Below, in pieces: positions 27,443 through 40,516 of a stretch of DNA of 64,000 nt (positions within the stretch are counted from its first letter, which is position 1; every line of letters starts with the position of its first letter). Under the pieces are notes generated by a model, which worked only from the letters and a program-made list of their open reading frames with translations, ran no database searches and was not told the origin of the DNA. A program made the translations under genes and the position numbers. Where the stretch lies: the NCBI GenBank assembly GCA_964234715.1, contig OZ174277.1; one strand, 5' to 3'. Source of the stretch: Podarcis melisellensis (lineage: Eukaryota).

Positions 27443-28821
27443 GGGGGAGTCTATGTCAGTGCACAGTTACTCCTGTGAAAATTGCAGCAACATAACATCA
27501 GAATCATTCTGTTGCACCAGCCCCAAGCTCTATAACGCTGTTAAAACACACAGGAGCACATGGAGTTAAAAAAATGTTTCCAGTAGGAGACTTCAGGAGG
27601 TTTCAAACTAAGTTCATCTGAAGACAGAAAATGCAAAGAACAAGCAGGAGGCAAGACAAATAATAACAATACTATATTTCTTATACCCTGCCCATCTGAC
27701 TGGGGTGCCCTAGCCACTATGGGCAGCTTCCAACAATAGCAAAATAAATAAAAATAAAAATAAAACATTGAAAACCCACAGCTCTCCACTATGTGCAGCT
27801 CAGTTTACAGAATGACAATGCACAGCCTAAAAGGAGTCATTTAAAGATGCAGCTCCTCTCTTATTATGACAAAATTGCTACTGTTGACATCCCAACAGTT
27901 CAACAGTCCCGACTGAAGCAGTGAGGAGAACCAAATTCATGCAGCCCACACTGCACAACAGCCCACATCTCCACCTCCATCAGCCTTGCATGTTTGCACA
28001 GAAACGGGACATTGATGCACATATAGTTCCACAAGCGTAGGAAGAAAAATATCATTACAATGAGGTAGTGCATCAAAGCCCACAATTTCCACCTTTGTGA
28101 GCTGAACTGTACACATGTAAATTTTGATGTTTTGTCCCATTTGGGGGATGACAGAGGCTCATGCACCAGTCAGGCTGGGATACGTTGTGCACGCTGACTC
28201 CCAAGAGGCATTAGGCCAGATCAAGAAAGACATCTCTGTTGATCCAAGGCTGTGGATTTCATGACTGAAATGAAATTGGAACCAGAGATTTTCTGGTTCG
28301 CAGATCAGTCTCTTGGGCACAAGCCTGTTGCAAGGATAAGAACTGCTGTTTACGAGCCACCCCATTTAGCTGGGCAAGTGGCACGCCAAGAACAGCAATG
28401 CATCCTGGGACATCTTCGTCATCTCCCCAGACAACAGGGATGGATTAGTGGCAGTTGCACAGAGACGCACGCACACACCCCAGCAAACCACAGTGCCTGG
28501 CAAGGCCCCAAAAGCCTAACTAAACAACCAAATAGCATTCTGGGCTGTAGTGAAAACTCCCGAGTGCTGTTGGGCAACATACTTAGGACTCGTCTGCCTT
28601 GCTGCTCAAAACCTCACTAATGTTGGTATGGCATTCGGGTGCCTTTTGTTTCCCAACAGACACATTTTTAGGTGCTGCCAAATACAAAGCAAGCTCCATT
28701 TTCACGCAGCAGCAGTTCAACCCCTGCCCAAACACTTGCGCCCACAGTGATGCATGTAACTTTTCATCCCACATCATTAATGTGGGTATTTGCTCATCCA
28801 CTATTTCCCCTCTCCTTACAT

Positions 28822-29058
28822 CAGGGGTCAGCAAACTTTTTCAGCAGGGGGCCGGTCCACTATCCCTCAGACCTTGTAGGGGGCTGGACTATATTTTGAA
28901 AAGAAAGGAAAAAAGAACGAATTCCTATGCCCTACAAATAACCCAGAGATGCATTTTAAATAAAAGGACGCATTCTGCTCATGTAAAAACACGCTGATTC
29001 CCAGACCATCTGCTGGCCGGATTTAGAAGGCGATTGGGCCTTAGTTTGCCTACCCATG
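28822..29058 (+). mobile_element. hAT-like MITE
   Basis: Termini CAGGGGTCAGCAAACT / AGTTTGCCTACCCATG; inverted sister copy at 31338-31590. Confidence 0.7.
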
Positions 29059-29352
29059 CCATGGTAAATTGCTCCATGCCATGGTAAATTGCACAGCTGT
29101 ATAAAAGTAACAGGGACAATTTACTTGTGAGAGACATGCAAAGGAATAAATTGTATTTGATAAGTGCTGAAAGATAATGAAGACCGCACCTGTCTAAAGT
29201 ATATTGGGGAGGATTTCTAAAGGGTAGGTGCCATCACACGAAAAATCAGATTCCGACATCATAGGGAACAAATGTCCTGAGGAGCTGGAATCTGCTGAGC
29301 TCACAGTGTAGCTATTGGGTATGTAAGTGATCGGCTAGAGATCTATAGTTGG

Positions 29353-29953
29353 TGTCCTGAACCCCTGGCTTACCTGGCAGCAAGTCAGTATGCCAAGCCC
29401 AAAGTTCAAAGTCTGAGGTCAGGAAACATAGTGCCGGGTCAATCCAAGTTGACCAAGTCTGAAGCGCGGCAGTCAGGATACAGTCCAAAGCACAGACCTA
29501 TAGAGGTCCAGGAGCATCCAAGCCAAGGTCCACCAACATTGAGCAGACCCAGCCCCTCAGCTCTGCTTCCCTTTTGTATTTTGCATGCTGATTGCAACAC
29601 CTGGGCTTGATTAGGCATGTGACCCTCACCTGGCCTGAGCCTACTCCAGCTGAGGAATCACAACTTCCTCCCACAGCCCCACCTGGCCAGCTAGGGATCT
29701 GGGCTGTGTGCCCTTGCTTGCCTCAGCCTCCTGGAGCTCCGTGCCTACTGCTTCCTATGCCTCAGAGCCTGCCGTGTTTGTGGAGACAGGGGCCCCTCTG
29801 ACTCTGATTATGGGTCCTGCTACTCTGGTTCCTGTGCCCTCCATCACCCTGTGAGTACTTCCTTCTCCTGCTTCTCCCCATGTGTCCCAGTCCCAGCTAC
29901 ACCCCTCAATGGAATTCTCTTCCTCCTCCTTGTCTTCCTGCTAGTTCATGACA
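29353..29953. mobile_element. Probable solo LTR (601 bp)
   Basis: TG...CA ends, inverted termini TGTCCTGAAC/GTTCATGACA (9/10), 5-bp flanks GTTGG/GTGGG. Confidence 0.6.
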
Positions 29954-30958
29954 GTGGGCCATCCCCTGCTCTCACGCCCCATTGAAGCTGCTTACCATTA
30001 TGTTCTGTAAGCAGGGAGTGAGTGAAGCGGGTGCTCATTTCAACTCAGCTAACACACTTCAGCCACAATAAGCCAAATATTCAGAATATTCAAATTCAGA
30101 GTGTCTGTCTCCACAGGCAGTTGCTTTCGCACTGCAAATTTCAACAGGGACTTAGACCTTTGCTTTTGCAGTCACCGGAATTTTAAATATACAGGAGCAG
30201 CAGATCATTTGTTGATGAACTGTGCAACCAGTCCTAAGCATGTTTAGTCAGAAGTAAGCCCCATTTAGTACTACAAGGTTTGCTTCCAAGTAGTACCCTA
30301 AGCTTGGAAGAAAACGGAATGGTTCCAAAGTGGGAGAAAACTAAAGTGGAATGGTTAGGCTAGACTGGTCCACCTGTAAAGAATTGGGATGGCATCCCAC
30401 CCCATCCCTCTCTACTATCAGCACTGCTCCCTTGTAAGTATCAGCTACAACTCATCAGCGATCCCCCTCACAATTTGGGCAAAACCGCTGAGCTTCTGTA
30501 GCTCCTCTACTTATTAAGCTACATTCCCAGAATGTGTTTGGGTGTAATATTAAACTACAGTTTAGGGTTACCTGCACAAGGCTGCTCCTTCCCCCTGTCT
30601 TCATGTCTGGCATGGCTCTCAGGGGGTGACAGGAAACATCCTATTGTTTTTTTCAGCTAACCAAAGTTTGCCTTTCTGCCCAATCTCGGAAATGCCGATA
30701 GTTTCAACTTGGGTTTATCCAGTCAAATCAGCAAAGGTTCAAAAATAACAGTCAGGACAAACAATATATAAAACAAACCACAATGTGTCCCTGCTTGGAC
30801 AGAATAGCAAACCAAAGTCCACTGTAAACAGAAGCAATTGCTTCCAACCTCAAGGCTGCCCCAGAGGAGAAGAGAGGAAGGGAGAATGTGTAAGAGGCTT
30901 GCTCTTATAGCACTAAGATCAGGGTAGCAAAAGTGTTGCAACCACCATCATCCTTGAC

Positions 30959-31094
30959 CAGGCATCCCCAAACTTGGCCCTCCAGCTGTTTTGGGACTAC
31001 AATTCCCATCATCTCTGACCACTGGTCCTGTTAGCTAGGGATGATGGGAGTTGTAGTCCCAAAACAGCTGGAGGGCCAAGTTTGGGGGTGCCTG
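30959..31094. mobile_element. hAT MITE, 136 bp, hairpin
   Basis: Long inverted arms and a perfect 8-bp TSD TCCTTGAC. Confidence 0.88.
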
Positions 31095-31337
31095 TCCTTG
31101 ACCATTGACCATGTTGGCAGGGGCTGATGATGGAGGTTTTGGAGTCCAACAGCAACTTTGAGGCTTTACAATGGCTGCTCTTGCCTTAAATTTGGTGTTG
31201 CTTCGAAATGTAGCTTGACTCAACCCAATGGCCCTTCTGCCATCTTTGGGTGATGGTGGTTGGGCTCCATTCTTGTGATGTTGCTCATCATCAGGCTGCC
31301 GTTTGGGTGAGACAAGGGAGCCTACTATAGATTAGTT

Positions 31338-31590
31338 CATGGGTAGGCAAACTAAGGCCCGGGGGCTGGATCCAGCCCAATCACCTAAATCCAGCCAGCA
31401 GACAGTCTGGGCGGGAATCAGCGTGTTTTTACATGAGTAGAATGTGTCCATTTATTTAAAATGCTTCTCTGGGTTATTTGTGGGGCATAGGAATTTATTC
31501 ATTTTTTTCTTTCCAAAGCATATTCTCCCCCCCCCCAAGGTCTGAGGGACAGTGGACCAGCCCCCTGCTGAAAAAGTTTGCTGATCCCTG
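31338..31590 (-). mobile_element. hAT-like MITE (inverted copy of 28822-29058)
   Basis: Reverse-complement similarity along its length. Confidence 0.7.
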
Positions 31591-33014
31591 GTTGCTTGCA
31601 TTATGGTATTGTCTGTTTATCACTGAGCATAATCAGGCGTAGCTCTCGCTTGAAAGGGCAATTGCTTTTGCTTAGAACAGCTCCCAAAGTGTGTGCCCAT
31701 TTATCTTTAAAATCCTCTTCAGCCTCTCTACAAGCGCAACCTTGCCAGGAGCAGTAAGGTTCTCAGATGACATATGGGGCGTTTGAGGAATTCGATCTGT
31801 GTGAATTCTGATACAAACAGATCCCGATGCACACTTCCCAAACTAATGTGCGGATTGGAAAATGATTTTCCTTAGAATATTTGCACTTCTCCTAATTTTG
31901 TGGTGCTACTCATGCCTCAAAAAATAAAAAAATACATTTTAAAGGCATATTTTTAGAAAAAAATACATCATTCGGCAAGGTGTATTGTTATAAAAAATAT
32001 GCTCACTAATATCTATTTGAATAGCATTTAAATGTGGTTTTTCATGAGGATTTGTTGCTGTTTTAAATAGCAAATAATCCTAAAACGGACTTTTGAATGA
32101 GTGAAAGTGACATTTCATTTTATTTCTTTGAGATTCCTATATCCTGACCTTTCTCCAGTCTGAATAGCAGCTCAAAGATGAACATTCATACAGTTATACA
32201 AAATAACACATGGACTGCAAATAGACTGATCTGTCTACCCCTAGCTGAAATATGCTAAGTTACATCCAAAGCTTTGTGTTACGCAATTAGGCTGTCTGAA
32301 AAGTAATCGAAGACAGCCTTACGAGAGAGAGAAAAGCATTGTTATAAAAACCATGTGCTGTACAGAATATTTGAATTACATAACAGCTGTCTAGACCATT
32401 CTCCCCATCTTATCTTAAATATATTCTCTACTAGCGATCCTGACGGCTAAGCTATAGTTTAATTAGCTTTCATAAAGGCCATTTAAAATCACCTTCATTC
32501 AAGTCGGTGACTGAAAACAGCATTCCAGTGTGTACAGTAGTTATTTTCTAGAGGAAGAGGCTCCCTATTTTCCTTGCTGAGCTCTTTGCAGCTCTGATTT
32601 TATCCTTGGCTTGTGGGCAGGGGGACCATGCAGTATTAAACCATGTATTAAATTCCCAGGGCAGGGGCAATGAGGGCTGCATTGATAGCTGCCACTCTGA
32701 GGGCCACATGCTGGCAGAAGGCATGGCCACCCACCACACATAAATTCAGGCAAGCAGCAGCTTCCCACTCCCCAAATTCAGATGCTGGCGGTTTTTGCAC
32801 ATCCTCACTCACACATACAAATATAAAGGAAGACTATGAAGGATAAGGCTTCCTCTGTGCATGCAGAACAGGAACAGAAGGGCTCACCCTCTCAGAAGTG
32901 CAACAACAAGGGCTGGCACAGCCATTAGACAAAGTGAAGCACCTACCTCTGGCAACCCCTGCAGTGAGGGGCATGGAGTGGCACTGAGTTGTTTGCCATT
33001 TAGTCTGTGCTTAG

Positions 33015-33351
33015 TAAAGGTAAATGGACCTCTGACCATTAGGTCCAGTCATGACCAACTCTGGGGTTGCGGCGCTCATCTCGCTTTATTGGCCGAGGGA
33101 GCCGGCGTACAGCTTAGCATGACTAAGCCGCTTCTGGCTAACCAGAGCAGCGCACGGAAACGCCATTTACCTTCCCGCCGGAGCAGTACCTATTTATCTA
33201 CTTGGACTTTGATGTGCTTTCGAACTGCTAGGTTGGCAGGAGCAGGGACTGAGCAACAGGAGCTCACCCCATCGCGGGGATTTGAACCGCCAACCTTCTG
33301 ATTGGCAAGTCCTAGGCTCTGTGGTTTAACCCACAGCGCCACCCGCGTCCC
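33015..33351 (-). mobile_element. Sauria SINE
   Basis: 5' GGGACGCGGGTGGCGCTGTGG, B-box-like GGTTCAAATCC, ACCTTT-type tail; 14-bp TSD TAGTCTGTGCTTAG. Confidence 0.9.
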
Positions 33352-33486
33352 TAGTCTGTGCTTAGCCTAATAATAATAATATCCCATTTCTTATATCACG
33401 TGGACCGTGGGCTAAATATGTCTCCATTTGGAGATTGTAAAGCCCTAAGACTATCATGACACTTTCGTGCCCAGCCACCTGTCCTT

Positions 33487-33996
33487 AGTTGTTCTCACCA
33501 GCAGAGCTGAGTAGGAATATGGCCCTTGTAGGCATTTAGTCTGTGCCAGTATCTGAGGTAGGCTAGATCAATTTTGGCCCTTATTGAGGGGAGACCCAAT
33601 TCATCGTTGAGGTGGACTGCCAGTGTCCCCGGTGGAATATTTGCCAATATTTGCCACATGAATTTGTTTTGTTGGACTTCTAGTTCAGATTTGATACTAC
33701 TTCCCCAAATCTCAGCCCAACAAAGCATTTGTGCAATGATCTTTTGACACATATATCTTGATGGCTGGATTGATTAACTGCCTCCTCCCCCCCCAACTTC
33801 AAATGGAAGAACCTGAATAGCCGTCCAGTAGAGCAGGCAGATAATAACTTGGTTGCATCCAGGTGGGGTTTCCATGAAAGCTTTTCATCTGTAAGTAACC
33901 CTAGGTATTTAAATCTATGTACTTGTTTGAGGGTATGACCATCTAATGTCCACATGGATTTGGAAACCCTCTTACCAGATACGGCATGCACCATTT
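33487..33996 (-). mobile_element. RTE-X-like LINE RT fragment (frameshifted)
   Basis: FKYLG..LSWKPHL and AEIWG..LEVQQNKF..ELGLPSI motifs in two frames. Confidence 0.75.
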
Positions 33997-36900
33997 TGTC
34001 CTTTGTCCCAGGCAGCTGGCTCTGGCAAAGACAGATTTTGTATAGCCTATTCTGTGCCCAAGCTATTATCCTGTGGTGGCAGCTGCATAGCTGCTAGTAC
34101 TGAAATACTGTAAAATTAAATTGCCAGCCTGGCTAGTTTCTGTACATGGAGGAGCAGCAGCATGTCATCCTTCACTTTAGGCAGCAAAATATCTTTGAGC
34201 TGACCCTATTAATAACATTGTCTGACCTTTGGAAAGGAAAAAAGTTCACATTTTTTAAAAGCAAATAAATAATGGTAATTTTAGATGATTTAATATACTT
34301 TTTAAAGGCTATCCCTTTTTTAAAAAAGCACCCTGTACCCTAGAAATATATTGTATTCCACATCAAAAGTTTCCCAGTGGAAAGATTGTTCTCTCCTTTC
34401 ATCTCTGAGATGTTCTGGAAGGCAATGCCAGACTCCCTCCATCCTGACAGTTTCTCAGTTGTGATTTGGGCTGACCAGTATTTGTCCTCCCTTCACACAG
34501 ACAGACGGCTCTCTTTCTGGCATCCGTTATCAATCCTCATTAGAGAACACAGAGGCACAAGAATGCCTTTAAATTGTTTAATGCCGTCTGCTTCCTGTGC
34601 CAATAACTTTCTCTTGTAACTTCTTAGAGTCTAGCACCCCAGTGCTGACCTCTGTAAGTCCCTTAGAAAAATGGCGTCTTTTATTGGTAGCCGTGGTGAT
34701 GTAACCCTTTCACTGCCTGCACTCGGGTGCAATTCAAATGATATGCCATTAGCTTCTATCTCATCATGGTAGGGAAGGCTGTCTTTCTTCGTGAGCTTTC
34801 CTGGTTACACAAGCAGCACATGAAGAGTCATAAAAGTTTAGGAAACATTCTGGGATTCAGAAAAGGCAGCACACATTTATTTATTTCTATTAAGCATTTT
34901 TAAGACTACCTTTGTGGACAAAGTCCTCTCAAGACATCACACAACAATATAACCTATAAAACAGAAACAGTGATAGGCTTTGAGCTGGAAGCTTGGTAAT
35001 AACAACATGGTTATGTGCCATATGATGGTCTGATCAGCACAAGGCTAGTTATGCCTAAAACCCACTGAAAAATCCATGGAAATGAATTGTGCTGTGGTGC
35101 AAGTATTCTTTATTTTTTAACTTTATTTACAATTTGATCGATGCAATAAAAAACACATTATTCTTAATTTTAAAAAGAAGAAAAAGAAAAAAACTAATAA
35201 AATAATATTAAAAAACTAAATGAAAAATATAAAATAGAAACAAAGAAAAGCTCACGAAAAACCTTGTCCACTACATACACCTATTTAAGGAATACAAACC
35301 ATCATCGATAATATTATAAACACCTATTTCCAGTAAGAACCCACTTTGTCTTTTCCTTGTTTTTTTTCTCTTTTCTCTCTCTCACATTTCTCACTTTCTT
35401 CTCTGTACCTGATTTCTGGTTTGATACCCTGATTAATCTGATGACTTCCTTCTAACCCTATGCGGTTCCTAATCTCTATATCTTAATTTATCTGTATCAT
35501 TTTTAAATCTGTGGAGAACCATCCTATAATCTCTGTAGAATTACTCAGAAGTAAGTCTCACTGAGCTGAGTGGGATTTTCATCCAAGTTAGCCTCTGTGC
35601 ATGAACTCTGTATCTGCAGACAGGAGGCAGAGGTGCGCCTGCAAGCCCCAGCTTTCCACAAGCTGCAGGAGGTTTGTCTGTGTGTTCATTTGAACAGATG
35701 CAGAGCCTCCTTATTGGCATCCCCAGTCACAAACAGAAGTCTATTCACTTCCAAGCAAATATGATCACACACCCCTCCCAGTTCAAACCTACCATGAGCA
35801 CACAGTGAAGGTTGGGGAACATGTGAGGCAGCGCAGATGGGAGATGGGGCTTGTGTATCAAACTCCTGCCTCCCATCCAGGGATACAACATTCACATGTT
35901 CAGACGCATGCCTGAACATGCTTCCTCCTTCTCCCCAAACTGCAGTTTCTTCCATGGAAGTTAAGATACATCCCTATCTGCAGTAAGGTCCCCTTCTGCA
36001 AATGTCTGCTACATTCCAGAGATGATCTCTGTGACAGGAACAAGGTGGCTCGTTTTGAGTGTAATCATTGGCAGGGCAGCAAATTGTGAGTTATTTGATT
36101 CATTGTTGTGTTTTTACTGACCGAGAGGGAAGCACTCGCTGGATTTTAGGCTTCATGTGTCAATGTAACTTGGCTAGCCTTGAGCAATATGCAATTGACT
36201 CGATTGGGCTGTGTGCATGCAACTTGCTGCTTAACACTTGGTGAAAAATTCAGCTTGAAATGAATCTTAAATTGGGTTTTTGATATGCAGAAGAGAAAGA
36301 CCAGGCAATGCTAATTCGGTTTGTACAAGACTTACAGTCCCACAACTTAATTCTCCCAAATCTCACTGAAGGAGCATTTGTGGGCTACCCTTTTGAAAAT
36401 ATCTGCACCAGAGAGATCAGTCATCACACACAGTCTCTGTGAGCTTTCCCTTCCCTCATCCCTCCTAGTGTTAAAGTGGTTGAAGGGAATTTTTGAAGGG
36501 ATATTGTATGTTGGATGGATTCCCTTGTTGCCTCATGTCCAGGGCAAATTTCCGAGTTCCTCTGTGACTCTGCCGCCAAGTGTTCTATTATCTATGCACA
36601 AATGTTTCCTATTCTAAAGAAGAAAGTCCATTTTTTCCAAATGACTCCTCCTAAAGCTTTGTCAGAGCTGCTGCTTCTCCACTGGCTTTTGTTTTCACTC
36701 CCCACCCCCTCCAAATTTGTTATTGAACTTTCTTATGTGGTGGCTTTGTTTCATTCTGACTGAGTGGCCAAAAAGGAGAGGCATGATTAGTTGTGTTGGC
36801 AGGCTGCAGAAACTTTCATCTTTAATTATGGTCATACTTACTTCTCTATTAACTAAAATTTGTGACTAGCTATGACAATCAATTAATGGTCCCGCTGGGA

Positions 36901-39469
36901 GCAGGGTTTTTTTGGCCAGTGTGGGTACCAAGCCCTATTTTCCAATCCTAGATAGCCAGGAAAATAAATTCATTCACTGGTTCTTGGACTCAGGTCTCGC
37001 ATTCGAACATTAAGATTGCAATCCTAACCACACTTATCTGAGAGTTAACCCCACTGAATTCAATAGGATTTACTTCTAAATAGACATGGCTAGTTGAGTT
37101 CATGGCTAGTAAGTTCATCAAGGCTATTTTGTTTTCATTGGATGTTGTTACTCCAGAAATACAGCTTATTTCATGCTAACTGCAATTTTTTTAATTGCCC
37201 CAATCTTGTGCCTTTAACAAAAGCTTGGGGGGAAAGCAGGCAGTGCTTTTCCTAGCATCACCTGCAGCAGAGCCAGTAAGAAAAGGGGGAGTGACAACTC
37301 TATCCATTTCTGATGCCAGTCTTGCCTGTATTTTGCTTGAATATATTATTTGAGGGTTTGGGAATCACTTTCTGCTTCTGTTGATGCTTCTCAATGCGAT
37401 TGGCTTTCGTTGAGGCAGCTTCGCTCTGTCCTCTGATTAACAGCAGAATGCAATGTGGCTTCAGCAGCTGGATCCAATCTTGCTTAAACATTTGCACTAC
37501 AAATAATCCCCAGTACATAAAACAGCTCTTTCTAATTTACTTCAAAGCAACCCACTTCCACAGCTCAAGCTAAATTAGTGCTGAAAAATAAAGTATTGTT
37601 ACTGGCCCATGAAGAGAGGGCTCTGCGTTCATTAAGCACCAACCGATCGGCTTCCTCGGTCTTGATCTTGACTGAACACCTAGAAGTGCTTATGCGATCC
37701 CCTCAACAAGGGTGGTCACAAGCCGGCCAGATGAGCTTCTGTTGGAAGGATCAGACGTGCAGCTTATGCTTCCAAAGACTCTAGCCCTCATGAAAGTAGA
37801 GAAAAGCTAAACGAAATGTTTATGGTTGATTTGAAAGGCTCGTATAAAATACACAAAAAGAATGCCCAATGTTTCAAAATCTAGAATTTGTAAACACATC
37901 AGTGGGATTTTATTCCAACACTTATTATGTTGATGGAAGACAAATGCAAGTTTAATATACTTCTCTTGAACACAAAGCACTTCTTAAAGCTAGATCACTC
38001 CAAAGTCCATTAGCAAAGTATTCTGTTTCTAGCTTTTCCTTTTATTATTTTACAGAGTGGCAGAGAGCCCCTCTGTTACATACATTCACGTACATTAACC
38101 ATCCCCTAAAGAGGACTTACTTTTCATGTAGGGTTTCCCCTCCCCCAGAGAATCTTCTCGAGGGCAACCGGCCTTCTGCTCAACATAATGCTTGGAGCGT
38201 TGTCAGACAATTGGATTGCAGGCAAAGATGAAAGCCACTAGAGCAGTTTGATGCACGTCCAAAGCAGATTGTGTAGGCCAGCTTACTGCATCCAGAAGAG
38301 TCATAATGAGGGCCTGGGGCATAATTAATATGTAACGGTAGGGTGGACTGGAGGGCAACTGTCGACATCACCATTACAAACACTTATACTCAGGGATCAG
38401 GCCACTGTGTTGCCTAGTGAAGAAATCCACCAGAAAGACCTATGATCATTTAAAAATATTCTCTGAAAAGGAAACTTCCTTTTAACTACTTGTTCCATTC
38501 CATCTTCAAAGCATCTGGCACAAGTTCCAATGTCTAAGGGCTTTTTCTTTTTCTTAGTGCTAGTAACTCTGAACAAAGAGTCGGAATTGGAGGGTGGAAA
38601 GAGGAGCAACAGAAAACAGGCAAGAGGTGTAAAGCTCTTCAAACCACGAGCCGTTTAGCAGTAGCTGACAAGTAATAAGAAGACAGTAAATTCAGAGCTG
38701 GGATATTGGAAGGAGATGCTGCCTGAAGGACAAAGGCAGTAAAATAGTGTACAAAACCTGCTACAGCTGTAGTAGTTTCCTGAACACCAAAACTTTTAAG
38801 GACCAAGAGACTAACAGGCAGCAATAGGTTCCAAATAGACCCATGGAATCAGACCCTTGCTCCGTCAAACCTGATGCGATCTATTCTGAGTGACAGCAAC
38901 TCTTCAAATTTTTGTACAGTGCTCTAGTGATACCTTGGTATGAATGAATGTAGAATTAGAATCCCCTTCCCAGAGAGGGCAGATGGCAACACATGTGCAC
39001 AGAGTCGATAGAAGCACATCCATGTGAATTAACGGTTTGGAGCAGCACCGACAAGCACCTTAAAACTCCAGCCCATTTCAGGTATTGGTAAACCCTTTTT
39101 CCTTATCAGAATTCCAGGTTGCTATTGGATAAATAGTGAGCCATGGTATATGACCCCTTCCACATATAGCATGTGCCAGCCTCATTTAGGCTCAGACTAC
39201 ACTCCAACACAACCAGAGAATTCTGCCCTGACATTTTTCTTTGACTTTATTCATATGTCCAACATTCAGTCACATCTACTACGCTAATTGAGTTCCACCT
39301 CATTTTGCTTAAGATTCAGCCATCCGTCCACACTGGGATCTTTTATGGACTTAAGACACAAGTGTAGGCGATTCTGCTCAAGCATGTACCCCATCTTCAA
39401 CAGGAGTCTGTGGAAAATAGGGAATCCTATATGTCTGCTTTGCTCCTGCCCAGTCAAAACTAGTTAAGT

Positions 39470-39685
39470 CATGATGTATTAATTGCATCTATATTCCTCC
39501 TTTCCTCCAAGGAGCTCAAGGTGGCATATATAGTTATTGTCTTCCCTATTTTGTCCTCACAACAACCCTGTGAGGTAAATTCAGCTGAAAGTGTCACCCT
39601 GTGAGTTTCACAGCTGAGTGGAGAGTTGGACACTGGCCTTCCAGGTCCTAGTCCAACACTCTGACCAGGACACCACACTGGCTCC
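39470..39685 (-). mobile_element. tRNA-derived SINE, degenerate
   Basis: gagccagtgtggtg head and cacaacaaccctgtgagg core; similar remnants at 17780-17980 and 22770-22990. Confidence 0.6.
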
Positions 39686-39911
39686 AGAAATCGCTGGAGA
39701 CGTCCCATCACTTCTGGGTCCCCCATGCAACCTTGGCTCAGCAAGCCTAAAATACACGGATCTTTGTACGCTACAATTTAAGTAGAAACTGCCACTTGGT
39801 GAAATACTATGTTACTGCCCTTCTGTTTCTGTTGTTCTGCCTTCAGGTCAGTTTATACCCTACACATAAACACACTGCACAATCTATGCCCATGAAATTT
39901 ATGTTCTATGT

Positions 39912-39913
<2 letters not shown>

Positions 39914-39962
<49 letters not shown>

Positions 39963-40072
39963 TATTATTTATACCCCGCCCATCTGGCTGAGTTTCCCCA
40001 GCCACTCTGGGCGGCTCCCAATCTAGTGTTAAAAACAATACAGCATTAAATATTAAAAAATTCCCTAAACAA
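39914..40072 (-). mobile_element. L2 LINE 3' tail with (AAT)n
   Basis: Same family tail; about 16 AAT units. Confidence 0.82.
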
Positions 40073-40127
40073 CTATAGTATGCAAATCTAAAACATCTGC
40101 ATATTATGGGGTGCATAGTACCAACCA

Positions 40128-40516
40128 TCAGAAGGCTGATCCCCAAGGAATTGATGCTTTTGAATTATGGTGCTGGAGGAGACTCTTGAGAGTCCCATGG
40201 ACTGCAAGAAGATCAAACGTATCCATTCTTAAGGAAATCAGCCCTGCGTGCTCACTGGAAGGACAGATCGTGAAGCTGAGGCTCCAATACTTTGGCCAGC
40301 TCATGAGAAGAGAAGACTCCCTGGAAAAGACCCTGCTGTTGGGAAAGATGGAGGGCACAAGGAGAAGGGGGCGACAGAGGACGAGATGGTTGGACAGTGT
40401 TCTCGAAGCTACCAGCATGAGTCTGACCAAACTGCGGGAGGCAGTGGAAGACAGGAGTGCCTGGCATGCTCTGGTCCATGGGGTCATGAAGAGTCGGACA
40501 CGACTAAACAACAGCA
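40128..40516 (+). mobile_element. RTE/BovB LINE 3' end
   Basis: IDAFELWCWRRLLRVPWTARRSN..SLEKTLLLGKMEG..RGRQRTRWLD; (CAA)n tail; 11-bp TSD AGTACCAACCA. Confidence 0.93.
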
